From: a virus
Virus record (IMG/VR): IMGVR_UViG_3300048925_000129
Length of the DNA: 64,000 nucleotides
Direction: 5' to 3' (one strand)
Position 1 is the first letter of the stretch, and every line of letters begins with the position of its first letter. Below the pieces are notes generated by a model. It saw nothing but the letters and a program-made list of their open reading frames with translations, was not told the origin of the DNA and searched no databases. Both the position numbers and the translations under genes were made by a program. Positions 28,768 through 39,900 of the stretch are shown piece after piece.

Positions 28768-30161
28768 TGCCAAGATTAAAAGATAAAGACGGAACACCAG
28801 CCTGGAAGTGGAATAAAAAAGCTTCCAGTGTGAATGTTGCCAATTTGAACCCAAATATTATTCAGTACTTTGATACACTCCCTCAGGAGATTCAAAGTAG
28901 GATTCTGGCAACATCTGGCAATGATTCTGGACATGCAAAAACCAGTAGACACTATGCTGACAATGCAATTGACTTAAGATATGATGATGTTATCTGGCAA
29001 TATGTGGCAAAAGACCCAAACAGATTAAAATACGGATTGACTTTGTTAGACCCTGATCATGGGTCTGCAAAGCATATCCATTTGAGTCATGGAGATGGTA
29101 GTGAAAACAAGAAAGATGTTTGGATGAACCCTTATTCTCCAGAGGCAAGGGATATAATTGGGATGCAGCCAACTGAGGTTAAAAATCCTAATCCAACTTT
29201 AGTTGGAACAACCAATACTCAGATCATTATGAATGACACTAGTAAAAGGGATGAGTTTTTAAAAGGCTTACAAGATCAGATAAGATTTGACTCTCAAGTT
29301 GATGCTCAACAGAAGCAGCTTATAGCTCAAGAACAAGAAAGACAACAGATAGCAGCCCAAAGATTTCAAGAAAGAAATGCCATACTGGATGCCATAGGTA
29401 ATAACAACTTGGAGTTTGAAGGTAGAAATTATAAGCCCAATCAACAATTTGCTGATGGGGGAATAGTTGAGGGATTAGATGAGGACATAAACTTTATGAT
29501 TCAAAATCTTAAACAGGATGTTCCTAACTTTGAAAGTCCAGAGTATTTGGCTTTAGTTCAGGAGAATCAAGCTACACAAAATAGACTTTCTAAAAATATG
29601 GAGCTATACGATAAAGCTTATTCTCAATATCAAATGAGTCAGCCTACTATCATCAACAATGAAACATATGGTGCACTTCCTGTTGCAGCCCCTCAACCAC
29701 AAGTAGAAGCAAACCCTGAAAAGGTTTCCAGTCTTTCTTCAACAAAAGGAATGCTCTATTCTGAATTAAAAAATTTAGGATTAAATAACTTTCAAGTTGC
29801 AGGTGTGATAGGATCTCTAGGAGGGGAATCCCATGAGAAGATATCCCATACAGCTAGAAATAGTTCTTCAGGAGCTTTTGGTATTGCACAGTGGTTAGGA
29901 CCAAGATATAGAAATTTAGTTAAGTTCTCTAATGAACAGGGACTTGATTTTAACTCTCCCGAAGCTCAAGTGAAGTTTCTTATCAGTGAGTTGAAAGGAA
30001 GTGAGAAAGGAACACTAAACAGTATTCTTAAGACTAAGAATCTTTCAGAAGCAACTGAGACATGGACTAGAAAATATGAGAGACCAAGTGAACAAGAAAT
30101 TAGAGGTTCCTTAGGTAGAAGAATAAATTTTGCACAAAATTTCTTAAACAGTATAAGTTAA
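28767..30161 (+). CDS. virion-associated dual peptidoglycan hydrolase (M15-like peptidase + phage tail lysozyme)
   Basis: SRHY..NAID...HIH at the N-terminus; AG..G....ES, GAFGIAQW, YERP at the C-terminus. Confidence 0.8.
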   Translation: MPRLKDKDGTPAWKWNKKASSVNVANLNPNIIQYFDTLPQEIQSRILATSGNDSGHAKTSRHYADNAIDLRYDDVIWQYVAKDPNRLKYGLTLLDPDHGSAKHIHLSHGDGSENKKDVWMNPYSPEARDIIGMQPTEVKNPNPTLVGTTNTQIIMNDTSKRDEFLKGLQDQIRFDSQVDAQQKQLIAQEQERQQIAAQRFQERNAILDAIGNNNLEFEGRNYKPNQQFADGGIVEGLDEDINFMIQNLKQDVPNFESPEYLALVQENQATQNRLSKNMELYDKAYSQYQMSQPTIINNETYGALPVAAPQPQVEANPEKVSSLSSTKGMLYSELKNLGLNNFQVAGVIGSLGGESHEKISHTARNSSSGAFGIAQWLGPRYRNLVKFSNEQGLDFNSPEAQVKFLISELKGSEKGTLNSILKTKNLSEATETWTRKYERPSEQEIRGSLGRRINFAQNFLNSIS

Positions 30162-30222
30162 TAGTTTTCTTTATACTTTTTATATTTTGTTATTTTTTTT
30201 GTAAATTTGTAAAAATTTTATT

Positions 30223-33200
30223 GTGATTGATATATCAAAACTATACAAAAAACTTCAAGAATCCAACCTAGACTTTTTCGAGGATGGAGGACCATATGAC
30301 CCTTATACAGATACTCCTGATGGAGTTCTAGAGAGTCAGTACTTAGGGAATGATACTTTATCAATCCCTTTTCCTGTTCCTAGTCAAAGGGACATAGACT
30401 ATGCTTTAAACTACACAGGAGATCCAGATTTACAACCTATTGATCAAAGTGATGCTCCAGGTGTAATGATTCCTAATATTGATTTATCACAAGGTAATAC
30501 CAGTTCTGTTTTTCAAAGGGTAGGTACGACTCCACATGAGATAGGTACACTAGCTGATGAGCTTAAGGCTTCTTTAGGTATAAGTGTTCCTACCAATAAT
30601 TCTATGGTTCCAACTCCTGGTCAAAGACCTGCACCAGTAGCTCCTACCAACCATGATGTTAGAAACTATGATAGTGGATCTTTTGCTGATGCTTGGAAAC
30701 AGGCTAGAAGTTCAGTAGGACCAAATGGAACATTCACATACAAAGGTAAAAGATATAATACTTTAGCTGCTACAGATTCTGGAGCAAAAGTTTCTGTTGG
30801 ATCTGGAGCAAGAATTCCTTCAAGATCTTCAAGTGGTTTATCAGGAGAACAGGTTGATTATAACAATTTGGTCAACTTAGTTGAAGGAACCCCTAATATA
30901 GCTGCTCTTAAAAATTATAGCCCACAAGCACTTAGACAAATTCTTTCAGATAATGTCGGTTCTGGTGAGGCTCAGCAACTAGTTAGACAGGCTCTTAATG
31001 GGACCTCAACTCCAAGCTCAGCTTCTGTTATTAATCAGTCTGACATCAATAAGTTATCTGATATTGGTTTACCTAAGAAAAGAGATGTTGCTCAAAAACC
31101 AGCTTCAACCAATCCTGGAAAACCAGCAGACGGATACAACCCAAAAAACGATACATTTACTATTAATGGTACATCATATACCAGAGCAAGATTAAATGCT
31201 GTAAATGCCCAGTTAGCTAAGTCTATAGAGGGTGGAGAATCTAAACATGGGTTCCCTAAAATTTATAGAACCCAACAAATCATTAACAGAAATAAAGAGT
31301 TAATGGAAGATGCTCAAAATTATAAAAATGAGCAGAAGATAAATGACATGAGATTTGATTCAGCTTCTCAGTCAATTATCTACAACGGTAAAAGATACAA
31401 TGTGAATAACAAATCAGAACAAGATAAATTAACTGGACTACTAGGAGAACTACCATTATTCGGTAGAGGTAACTATGGTAGTGGTTATGATAAATACAAC
31501 AAAATTAAGAATGCTCTTCCAAAGAAAGCCTTAGGGGGAGAAATTCCTAGTATGGCTATAGGAGGACCCCTTCCTTTACCATTAAATAGAACTTCTACTT
31601 TCCCAGGACTTCAGGATGCCATGTCATCTTTAGTTGATCCTACAACAGGGCAAGTGGTGAGTTCTAATACTAATCAACCTAATCAAGGACAGTTACAACT
31701 AACTCCAGAGATGGATGCTAGATTACAGGCATCTGGACAGAATCAGTTTCAAAGTTTTATTGGAGATAACGGACAGATGAGAATTCAAACCGATGCCGAC
31801 AGGAACTTAAATATTGGAACTGCTCAAAGTGATATTGAAAGATATTATGTTGACCCAAAAACAGGGCAGCCAAGACCAATAACCATTAAGCAAGGTCAAA
31901 ATTATGATCTGGGATTAGATGCTTTGTATAACTCACAAGGAGTACAAAACACTGTTAATGCTAATAGTGATAAAGCATATAACCAGCAAATGGCAATGTT
32001 AGGAATGCTTCAGAATCAGCAGTCTTATGATGTTCCAGAAGACTTAAGAATGTTAGGTCAATCTTTAGCTTTTAATGCTAACAAAAATTCTAAATACACG
32101 AATGATGTTGACAGAGGTATTGCAACAGGATTAAACGTTACCAGAGGTGTAGCTGCTGGATTAGATGCACTAGTTGGAGGAGCCAGAGAACTTTACTCAG
32201 GATATGCCTACCAACAAAGACAACAAAATACTGAAGATGCTTTCTATAGAGGTCAAAGAAGAAGATTGGAAAATCAGCAACTAAGATATGCTGATGGTGG
32301 TGAAGTTGTGAATCAACTTTTAGCAATGTTTGCTGAGGGAGGACAAAACCCTAAAGATCTAGCTGCTGCTTTCGGAAAACAGGATGATAGACCAGACCTA
32401 TCTGAATCTGCTTTATTAACAGGAGAATACATTCAACAAGCTCCTCCTCAAGCAGTGGTGGAACCTAATGCTGAACTAGAAAGAAATGAGTTTGTGCAAC
32501 ATACTGATGGAGAAGTTCAACAGGTAGTTGGTAGAACTCACGGACAAGGAGGTGAAAGACTTGCTTTAGAACCAGGAACAATGGTTGTTTCAGATAAAGT
32601 TAAGCTTGGAGCAAAGAATGCTAAACTAATTAATAAAGAGTATGACCTTGGAATTAAAGCTGGAGACACTTATGCAAAAGTGGTTGAAAAGTATACTAAG
32701 AAAATAGGATTATCTAAATTAAATGATGATCAAGAAGGATACTTTGACAAGCTTAAGAAAGTTTCTGATCAAGCTGAAGCTGGAGCTGGAAACGAAAAAG
32801 AGTCTCAAACTGCTGAAATTAACAACTCATTCTTATCAGACAAGATAAACGATTTGGAGCAGCAAAAAGCACTTGCAGAACAATATAGAAGTGAGTTCAC
32901 TCAGTTTATTTACCAACTGCAAGAGGGCTCAAAACCTACAAGAGATCAAGGTGCTATTATGGAAGATGGTGGTCTTTCAAATCATGCACTAGGAGATCAA
33001 GTACCTGGACCAGATGGACCTATGACTCTAGAGGAATTAATTGCTTTAAACAATGCTGTAGGTACAAATTCAAAAGATCCATCAATTGGTGGTAATCTTT
33101 GGGATGCTTTATACTACCAGCCAATGAATAAGTGGCAGCAATATTTAGGACAAACTCCTACTAATAGACAAACTCACTTAGATTATCAAAAAGATGTAGT

Positions 33201-34332
33201 AAACCTACTTAATCCTCAGTTAAACAAACTAATTGAGAATGGAGAAATGGGACTTACAAATAAACATAGAGCTTTATTGAAAGAGGCAGGTGTAAAAGAT
33301 GCTGGAAATAAAACTTCCTTCAAACAATTGTCTGATGCTGATAAAAAGAAATTGTCAAATGTTCAAGACTTTATCACTCAAGGTTATGAGGATGGTTTAG
33401 CAGGACACAGAGGTGTAACAGTGCTTCCTGGGGATTTAAATGAAGAGGACTACAACAATCTGACAGGACAATATGATAAACTGACAGATGCTGATGGTAG
33501 AAAGATTTATGCTCAGTACAATGATGATGGAACTATTCAAAAAACTAAAGATGGTAAAATTGTTTTCTACTATCCTCAGACAGGTAATAAAGTACCAGAA
33601 GAAAAAGCTCCAGCACCTAATAACGTAACTCCTTATCAAGCTCCAGCTAAGAAAACTTATGTTCCACCTTATTTACCTTCTCAAAGACCTGTAGCTCCGA
33701 CTCCAGCCTCACCAATTCCTCTATATCAAACAAGATTAGATAGATTGGACCCAGTGAGATTAGGATATGACCAACAGTTGGCTGAGATCAATAGACAGGC
33801 TAGTACTGCTAGTACTCAATTGGATGGATTAACAGATACTCAAAGAGCTGCTGCTCAAACAAATATTTCAGCAAACACTCAAAAAAGTATTGCTGATGTA
33901 ATTAATAATGTTTCAGTTCAAAATGCTATGAATCAATTCCAGACTCAACAGGCTAACCTTGGACAATCGAATGCAGAAGAACAAGCAAGACTAAATAATG
34001 CAAGGTATTCTGATGAACTTTGGATGAAGACAGAAGCTAACCAGGAGGCTGATATGAGAGATTATCAAGAAGCTCTTCAAAGAAACCAATTAGGTAGATT
34101 TAGATATCTTCAAAAAGATAGACAAATTAATGACATGATTGAGAATTTCAAAGTGGGAGCTGATGGTAGTATTCAGTTCGATGCATCCACTGCCACACCT
34201 ATTGGACTAACGGCTACAGGAGATACAATCATGCAGGATGTTAATGGTAGAACTAAAGTAGTGAAAACTACTAAAACAGACAAAAATGGAAATGTAGTTT
34301 CAGGTTCAACAACTGTCACTAAGAAACCATAA
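30223..34332 (+). CDS. internal virion cargo protein with repeated xxxGG motifs
   Basis: 1369 aa, Gln/Pro-rich, no Cys; SFADAW..AR...FTYKGKRYNT and ELE.NE...G.TH.QGG motifs. Confidence 0.65.
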   Translation: MIDISKLYKKLQESNLDFFEDGGPYDPYTDTPDGVLESQYLGNDTLSIPFPVPSQRDIDYALNYTGDPDLQPIDQSDAPGVMIPNIDLSQGNTSSVFQRVGTTPHEIGTLADELKASLGISVPTNNSMVPTPGQRPAPVAPTNHDVRNYDSGSFADAWKQARSSVGPNGTFTYKGKRYNTLAATDSGAKVSVGSGARIPSRSSSGLSGEQVDYNNLVNLVEGTPNIAALKNYSPQALRQILSDNVGSGEAQQLVRQALNGTSTPSSASVINQSDINKLSDIGLPKKRDVAQKPASTNPGKPADGYNPKNDTFTINGTSYTRARLNAVNAQLAKSIEGGESKHGFPKIYRTQQIINRNKELMEDAQNYKNEQKINDMRFDSASQSIIYNGKRYNVNNKSEQDKLTGLLGELPLFGRGNYGSGYDKYNKIKNALPKKALGGEIPSMAIGGPLPLPLNRTSTFPGLQDAMSSLVDPTTGQVVSSNTNQPNQGQLQLTPEMDARLQASGQNQFQSFIGDNGQMRIQTDADRNLNIGTAQSDIERYYVDPKTGQPRPITIKQGQNYDLGLDALYNSQGVQNTVNANSDKAYNQQMAMLGMLQNQQSYDVPEDLRMLGQSLAFNANKNSKYTNDVDRGIATGLNVTRGVAAGLDALVGGARELYSGYAYQQRQQNTEDAFYRGQRRRLENQQLRYADGGEVVNQLLAMFAEGGQNPKDLAAAFGKQDDRPDLSESALLTGEYIQQAPPQAVVEPNAELERNEFVQHTDGEVQQVVGRTHGQGGERLALEPGTMVVSDKVKLGAKNAKLINKEYDLGIKAGDTYAKVVEKYTKKIGLSKLNDDQEGYFDKLKKVSDQAEAGAGNEKESQTAEINNSFLSDKINDLEQQKALAEQYRSEFTQFIYQLQEGSKPTRDQGAIMEDGGLSNHALGDQVPGPDGPMTLEELIALNNAVGTNSKDPSIGGNLWDALYYQPMNKWQQYLGQTPTNRQTHLDYQKDVVNLLNPQLNKLIENGEMGLTNKHRALLKEAGVKDAGNKTSFKQLSDADKKKLSNVQDFITQGYEDGLAGHRGVTVLPGDLNEEDYNNLTGQYDKLTDADGRKIYAQYNDDGTIQKTKDGKIVFYYPQTGNKVPEEKAPAPNNVTPYQAPAKKTYVPPYLPSQRPVAPTPASPIPLYQTRLDRLDPVRLGYDQQLAEINRQASTASTQLDGLTDTQRAAAQTNISANTQKSIADVINNVSVQNAMNQFQTQQANLGQSNAEEQARLNNARYSDELWMKTEANQEADMRDYQEALQRNQLGRFRYLQKDRQINDMIENFKVGADGSIQFDASTATPIGLTATGDTIMQDVNGRTKVVKTTKTDKNGNVVSGSTTVTKKP

Positions 34333-34348
34333 TAATTTTTATCATAGA

Positions 34349-34382
34349 TTTTGATAAGTCAAAATTTTTTCTTATATTTGCA
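34349..34382 (+). promoter_or_regulatory. Bacteroidota promoter, near-identical to 45354-45387
   Basis: TTTG-N19-TATATTTG; 33/34 identity with the second copy. Confidence 0.85.
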
Positions 34383-34406
34383 GTCTTATTCAAGGCTGCA
34401 TTTTTT
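34379..34406 (+). terminator. intrinsic terminator overlapping the promoter
   Basis: tgcagtctt...aaggctgca followed by a T run. Confidence 0.7.
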
Positions 34407-34441
34407 ATTGTAGTTAATAATTATTTTTAGAATATTTTTAA

Positions 34442-36988
34442 ATGGCTAATGCATTTTCAGTTTTTAGAGCAAGACAAGGGTGGATAGACCCTACAGATCA
34501 AGACTTTACATTGAAGGCTCTTATGTTCAAACAACAGAAGTATGATGCCAATCAAGCTAAGGTTCAATCAATTATAGATAAATATCAATCACTACAACTT
34601 GCAAGAGGAGTTGACAGGGATTATTTAAATGGAAAATTGAGAAACCTGGTTGATACGGCTAATGCTTTGGGACCTCAGGATTTATCACAAAATTCTGTAG
34701 TAACCTCCATCACTAACCACATTGGTCAAGTCTTGGATAATAACGTTATGACAGCAGTTCAAGAGACTGCTAAAATTAGAGCTTATCAAGATGAAGTCTC
34801 ACAACTAAAGGAGAAACACCCTGAACTATACAATCCACTAAACGAGGCTTATGGCATGTCCCCAGCACAGCAGTATATGCAAAGTACTGAACTTGGGGCA
34901 AGAATGCAGGGGAGCTTAACATATAGTCCCTATCAAGATGTTGAAGGGGACGTAAATAAATTTTTATCTGATATTCAAAAGAATTCCAGAGATGGAGTTA
35001 CTATGATCCCAGACCCAAATAATCCAGGACAAATGATTCAAGTCACACTTAATGGTAAAAGTGCCAACGAGTTAAGACAGATTGCTATGGGATACTTAGG
35101 AAATAAATTTGACAACCAGTTAAAGATTAACTCATGGGGAAGCACAAATGGATTCAGAGATATTCAAAATTCCCTAGAGCCAACAATTACTGGATACTCT
35201 AATGTGATCAACCAAAGATCAAAGGAATTGGCTAATGTAAAGTCACAACTTACTGGTAATATTACAGCAGCCGAAAGGACTAAACTTCAAGATCAGGTTA
35301 AAGCTTTAGAGAATGATGTTCTGTCTGCCTCTACAATGAGAGATAATATACAAAGAGATCCAGTTGGAGCTTTAGTTTATCTTGAAAAACAAAAGATTGC
35401 AAACAGATCAGGTATGGCACTTGGTATGTTACAAACACAATCTGTAGAATATAAAAAAGACGATTACTACTTCTCTGTTCTTAATGAAGCAAGAGAAAGT
35501 AGAAAGGAAGCTTTCGAGAATCAAAAGTATCAAAATGATCTTTCTATTAAGTCAAGGGAACTGGAGCTTAAAGAAATGGAGATAGGGCTTAAAGCTGCCA
35601 AGGCTGACGGAAGTTCTGATTCCAAAGAAAAGGGAACAGGAGATTTAAATAGTGTAGTGTTTGAGGATGTTAACCCTTCAGAAGCATTACCAGAGCAATT
35701 AGAATCGGCTCATAACTCTTGGAAAGCTGACTTAAGTAACAAGTATCAAGCACAGAATAACTTTGCAAGACAGGTTATGATTGCTGTAGATGATATTGCT
35801 TCAGGTAGAAATAGAAATGTTGATGCTGATCAAAAGCAAGCTGCTGTGGCTGCCATATCACAATTTAAACAAAATGGTGGTAGACTAGATACAGTTAGTG
35901 CTCAACAAGCACAAAACTTTATGAAACTATTATCAAGAGCTGATGCCTTTTCTGCACTTGATTTTTTACCAGTTGATAATGGTAGATTGGTCCAAGTTAA
36001 ACAAACTTATACAGATTTGTTTAATGATTGGAGCCAAGCATCTGCTGGGTATAGAGGAGCTAAGGCTAGGGCTCAACAGGCTGAGGCTAGAGGAATGAAA
36101 AGAGGATTTGCTGAAAATGAGCAATTCATTGAAGAAGCTAAGAAACTTGCTCCAGGAATCTATTCTGATAGACTAGCTAATATAGTAGTGACTAATAAAA
36201 ATAAAGGAAATCTTCAGACTCTTATTTCAATGTCTGATGAAGCTAAAGGATCTGAGGAAGTTCCTATCCTTGAATCTGACTCTGCTTTCAAAATTAAGGA
36301 TCTGAAGAATGGTAAGTATCAAATTACATATTTCTCAAAGTCCAAAGATGCAGATAAGAATAATATTATCACTCCAAATACAGTTACTGTTACACAACAA
36401 AATTTATACAGTGTGATTCCTTCATTAGGATCAGTGAGAAATTCCCCTGACAAAATGACATTGGCTAACATTGGAACAAAACCATTATACTCTCCAACTG
36501 TTAAGTTTATTGATCCAGGATCTAGAAACTATGATGCTTATGTAGATACAGTAAAAAGAATGGCAACTAATCCATTTGATACATCTTATTTAGATGGAGA
36601 GACTGCCAAAAAAACTATAAAACAGCAGTTAGGAATAATTGGTATGAAAAATGCAGAAGAAAGAGACACTATGAATTCTTTAGTAGATACTTTACTATCT
36701 GAAGAAGTTATGGGTAATTTCAAAACATCTGTATATTTTAACCATTCTGCTGCTTCCAGAGATGGAAAGGGATACGTAAGTATCGTTAACAAAAAAGGAG
36801 AAAAAGTTGCCACCCTAAATTTAGGAGAAAGAAGAAGTCTGGATAAAGAAGCCAGTCTTAATGAGTGGGTTCCACAAGTTTCTTATTCTAAAGTTATAGG
36901 AAATGAATTAAGAAAGATTTTAACAAATTATCAGACTACAGGAAAATTGGAACTTACTCCAGAAATACAAAAATTATTAAATGGCTAA
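34442..36988 (+). CDS. internal virion/ejection protein
   Basis: 848 aa, helical, no Cys; KQQKYD.N motif as in crAss-like cargo proteins. Confidence 0.6.
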   Translation: MANAFSVFRARQGWIDPTDQDFTLKALMFKQQKYDANQAKVQSIIDKYQSLQLARGVDRDYLNGKLRNLVDTANALGPQDLSQNSVVTSITNHIGQVLDNNVMTAVQETAKIRAYQDEVSQLKEKHPELYNPLNEAYGMSPAQQYMQSTELGARMQGSLTYSPYQDVEGDVNKFLSDIQKNSRDGVTMIPDPNNPGQMIQVTLNGKSANELRQIAMGYLGNKFDNQLKINSWGSTNGFRDIQNSLEPTITGYSNVINQRSKELANVKSQLTGNITAAERTKLQDQVKALENDVLSASTMRDNIQRDPVGALVYLEKQKIANRSGMALGMLQTQSVEYKKDDYYFSVLNEARESRKEAFENQKYQNDLSIKSRELELKEMEIGLKAAKADGSSDSKEKGTGDLNSVVFEDVNPSEALPEQLESAHNSWKADLSNKYQAQNNFARQVMIAVDDIASGRNRNVDADQKQAAVAAISQFKQNGGRLDTVSAQQAQNFMKLLSRADAFSALDFLPVDNGRLVQVKQTYTDLFNDWSQASAGYRGAKARAQQAEARGMKRGFAENEQFIEEAKKLAPGIYSDRLANIVVTNKNKGNLQTLISMSDEAKGSEEVPILESDSAFKIKDLKNGKYQITYFSKSKDADKNNIITPNTVTVTQQNLYSVIPSLGSVRNSPDKMTLANIGTKPLYSPTVKFIDPGSRNYDAYVDTVKRMATNPFDTSYLDGETAKKTIKQQLGIIGMKNAEERDTMNSLVDTLLSEEVMGNFKTSVYFNHSAASRDGKGYVSIVNKKGEKVATLNLGERRSLDKEASLNEWVPQVSYSKVIGNELRKILTNYQTTGKLELTPEIQKLLNG

Positions 36989-39900
36989 TACACCACAAGA
37001 CCTATATAATGCTTCACCATCAGGATTTGACCCAGTAATGGGAATAACTTCTAATGGAGTGAGTGAGAGTGTTAATTTAGCAAACCAAGTGCTAAGTAAC
37101 CCTGTCTCTTATGACTTTGGGAATGAGTCTTTATCAGCCTCTCTAAAAAGAGTTTCAGAGCTGAAGACTCCCGATTTTAATTCTATATACAAACCTACTT
37201 TAAATGCTGCAAGTTTTTCACTTAATGGTGGAGGAGTTCCTGGGGGTGGGAAGGTTGATCCGTTTGGCTCATACCAAGATAACTCTGAGTCCTGGATTGG
37301 TGACAGAATTAACGTAGATGAGTACTATACTCAGATGGGTGAGGGCTGGGCTAATTTAGATAAAAGTAATGCAGGAGCTATTGGTATTGGTGGAGGTATT
37401 CTTGCAGGTGCAGCTACAGGTGCAGCTGTTGGGTCTCTTGGTGGTCCAATTGGTGCAGCTATTGGAGGTGTAGTTGGAGGAATTTTAGGTGGAATAGAAG
37501 GAAACCAGGTTTCAAAAAACATAGGTTATGGATATGTAAGAAACAAATTTGGTTCTGATCAGGACATGAAGTATGCTCAACAAGGTTTTGGTGGTAGAGC
37601 TGGTGCTGGTTTGATGAATTTAGTTCACTCAGCAGATAGTTTAACTCTAGGAACACTGGGAACGATTGCATATTTACCTCAAGCTATTTCTGAGAGAAGT
37701 TTAAATGTTCTTTTCAACAATGAATTCACTAAATTATTGGATGATTATGATAAGAGTTCACAAAGTTCTAATAGAATTTACCACTCTTCAGAATATGATA
37801 ATTCATCTTTAATAGGAAAACTAGCTCATAGTGAGCTTTGGTTCGAACAAGTTGCTCCTGCTGTAGGTTTTATGGTTGGAGCTATTGGTATTGGTAGAGC
37901 TACAGGACTTGGGTTAGGTGCTGTAGGTTTAGGAGGGGCTACTACAGGAGCTGCTTCCAGAGCATTTTTAGCTGAGACTATAGGTGCTGCTGCTAAAGGA
38001 GAAACCCAAGCATTAGGTAGACAAGCTTTACTAAATGGGTTTAAGAATGCTGCTAGAGCAGAACTTAAAGCACAAACATTTAAATCTATGGCTGGAAACA
38101 TGGTAACCCTATTAACGAGTGCTTCCCCAGAATCAGGATTAGAAGCTAGAGGAGCCATGAATGAAGCCCAGGAAAATTATATCAAAGCTTATAATAATGC
38201 TTTTGGTAGACTACCATCTTCAGAAGAAATTGCTAACTTTGATAAAGCAAACAGAGACTCTGGTAACGGAGTGTTTGCTGCTAACCTTGCTGTTGTAGGA
38301 TTATCTAACTGGTTACAGTTTGGGGATGCAATGGGATTAAATAGGGTTGTTAAAAAAGGACTTTTAGAAGATTCTATCAACAGAGTTTTTGGAATGGGAG
38401 TTAAACAAACTATTGGTGAAGTTTCTGAGAAAGGAATTCAATCAGCCGTTTGGGAAGCTGTACAAAGAACTAAAATACAGAAGTTAGGATATAGAGCTCT
38501 TAAAGCTTTGGAAGCACCAGCTACTGAAGGTCTTTGGGAAGAAGGTATCCAGCACGTAATTTCTGATACACATAAAAGTTATCTAGAATCTAGATTTAAC
38601 CCTCAAGCTACAGAAATCAACAAATCTCTTTTAAATGCTTTTGGAGAATCATTTGTAAATACCTATACAACTGAGGCAGGGTGGAATGACATCATGATTG
38701 GTATGATCGTTGGTGCAGGAGGAACTGTAAGAGCAAGAGGGGGATTTGATGTTTTAAATCAAAGAGCAGTTTCCAGAGAAGTTTCTAACATCAACAGAAA
38801 TGTTCAGAACTTAAATGAAACTCAAAGACAATTTGTTGAAGCTCAGGAAGACTATTTAAACAAGCAAGCCATTTATAACAACCTTGCAAATGTTTCTACA
38901 GCTAGAATGGGAGACAGAATAGGTGCTTTAAACCAGCAAGTTATAAACTCTGATTTAAGTAAGAAGTATGTAGCAAGTGGAAATCTGGAGCAGGCTCAGT
39001 TAGCTTATCAGAATGCAATCTTTGCAAAACTTTCAGCAGAAAGAAGAGCAGGATTATCTGAATCTAATAAGTTCGATATGGATACCATGATTGAGAATAT
39101 TCCAGAGGATGCATTAACCAACTTATACAACTTTAGAAGTCAGGATCAAATCAATGATTTCAAAACACAGACTCAGGATAATCTGAATAACATGGTTGAG
39201 GCTTTTGATGCAGCCTATGACATGGCAGAATCTCTTAATCTTGGATCAAACCAGAGTTATTTCTCCCCTACTCAGATTACTGAGATGGCTGCTTTAAACT
39301 TTTTCCAAGGTATGCACTCAGCCGACAATGCTAACAACCTGGCTCAATCAATTGAGCAGACAGTTGGAATTAATGGTATTGCTGACTCGATGAACTATTA
39401 TGCCAATTTGTCAGGTGTTCAACAGAGAAGAATGTCAGAGCTTGAAGATCTTCAAAAACAATTAGAAGAACTGGAAAGTAGACACAATGAACTATTAAAT
39501 GACTTTTCTACTGAAGTGGTTAAACCACAAAGACAGGGAGAAAATGAAGCAGTTGTTTCAGAACTGGATAGAACCAATAATAAGCTAGCTGCTGTTCAGA
39601 GTGAAATGGATTCTGTTAACAACAGAATTACAACTCTAACCAACATCTTAAATTCAAAGGAATCAATCCCTTCATTACCATTTGGTAATCCAGCAAGTAA
39701 GTTCTTTGATGCAGTTAACCTAAACATAGCTGATAGTGAATCTTCAGATGTTTTGGCTAATCTAAAGAGTTTAGACAGATACATTGAACATCTATTAGAT
39801 ACTACTGAAAAAACAGAAGAAGAGGTTGCAACTGACAGAAATAAAGCTGATATGATTCAGAGTTTAGTTGGAGCTTATAAGACACAGATGGGGCTAATGA

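Noticed and set aside
30186-30209. Possible promoter before the 1369-aa gene
   Set aside because: TAAATTTG is present but the TTTG spacing (12 nt) does not fit the consensus; left uncalled
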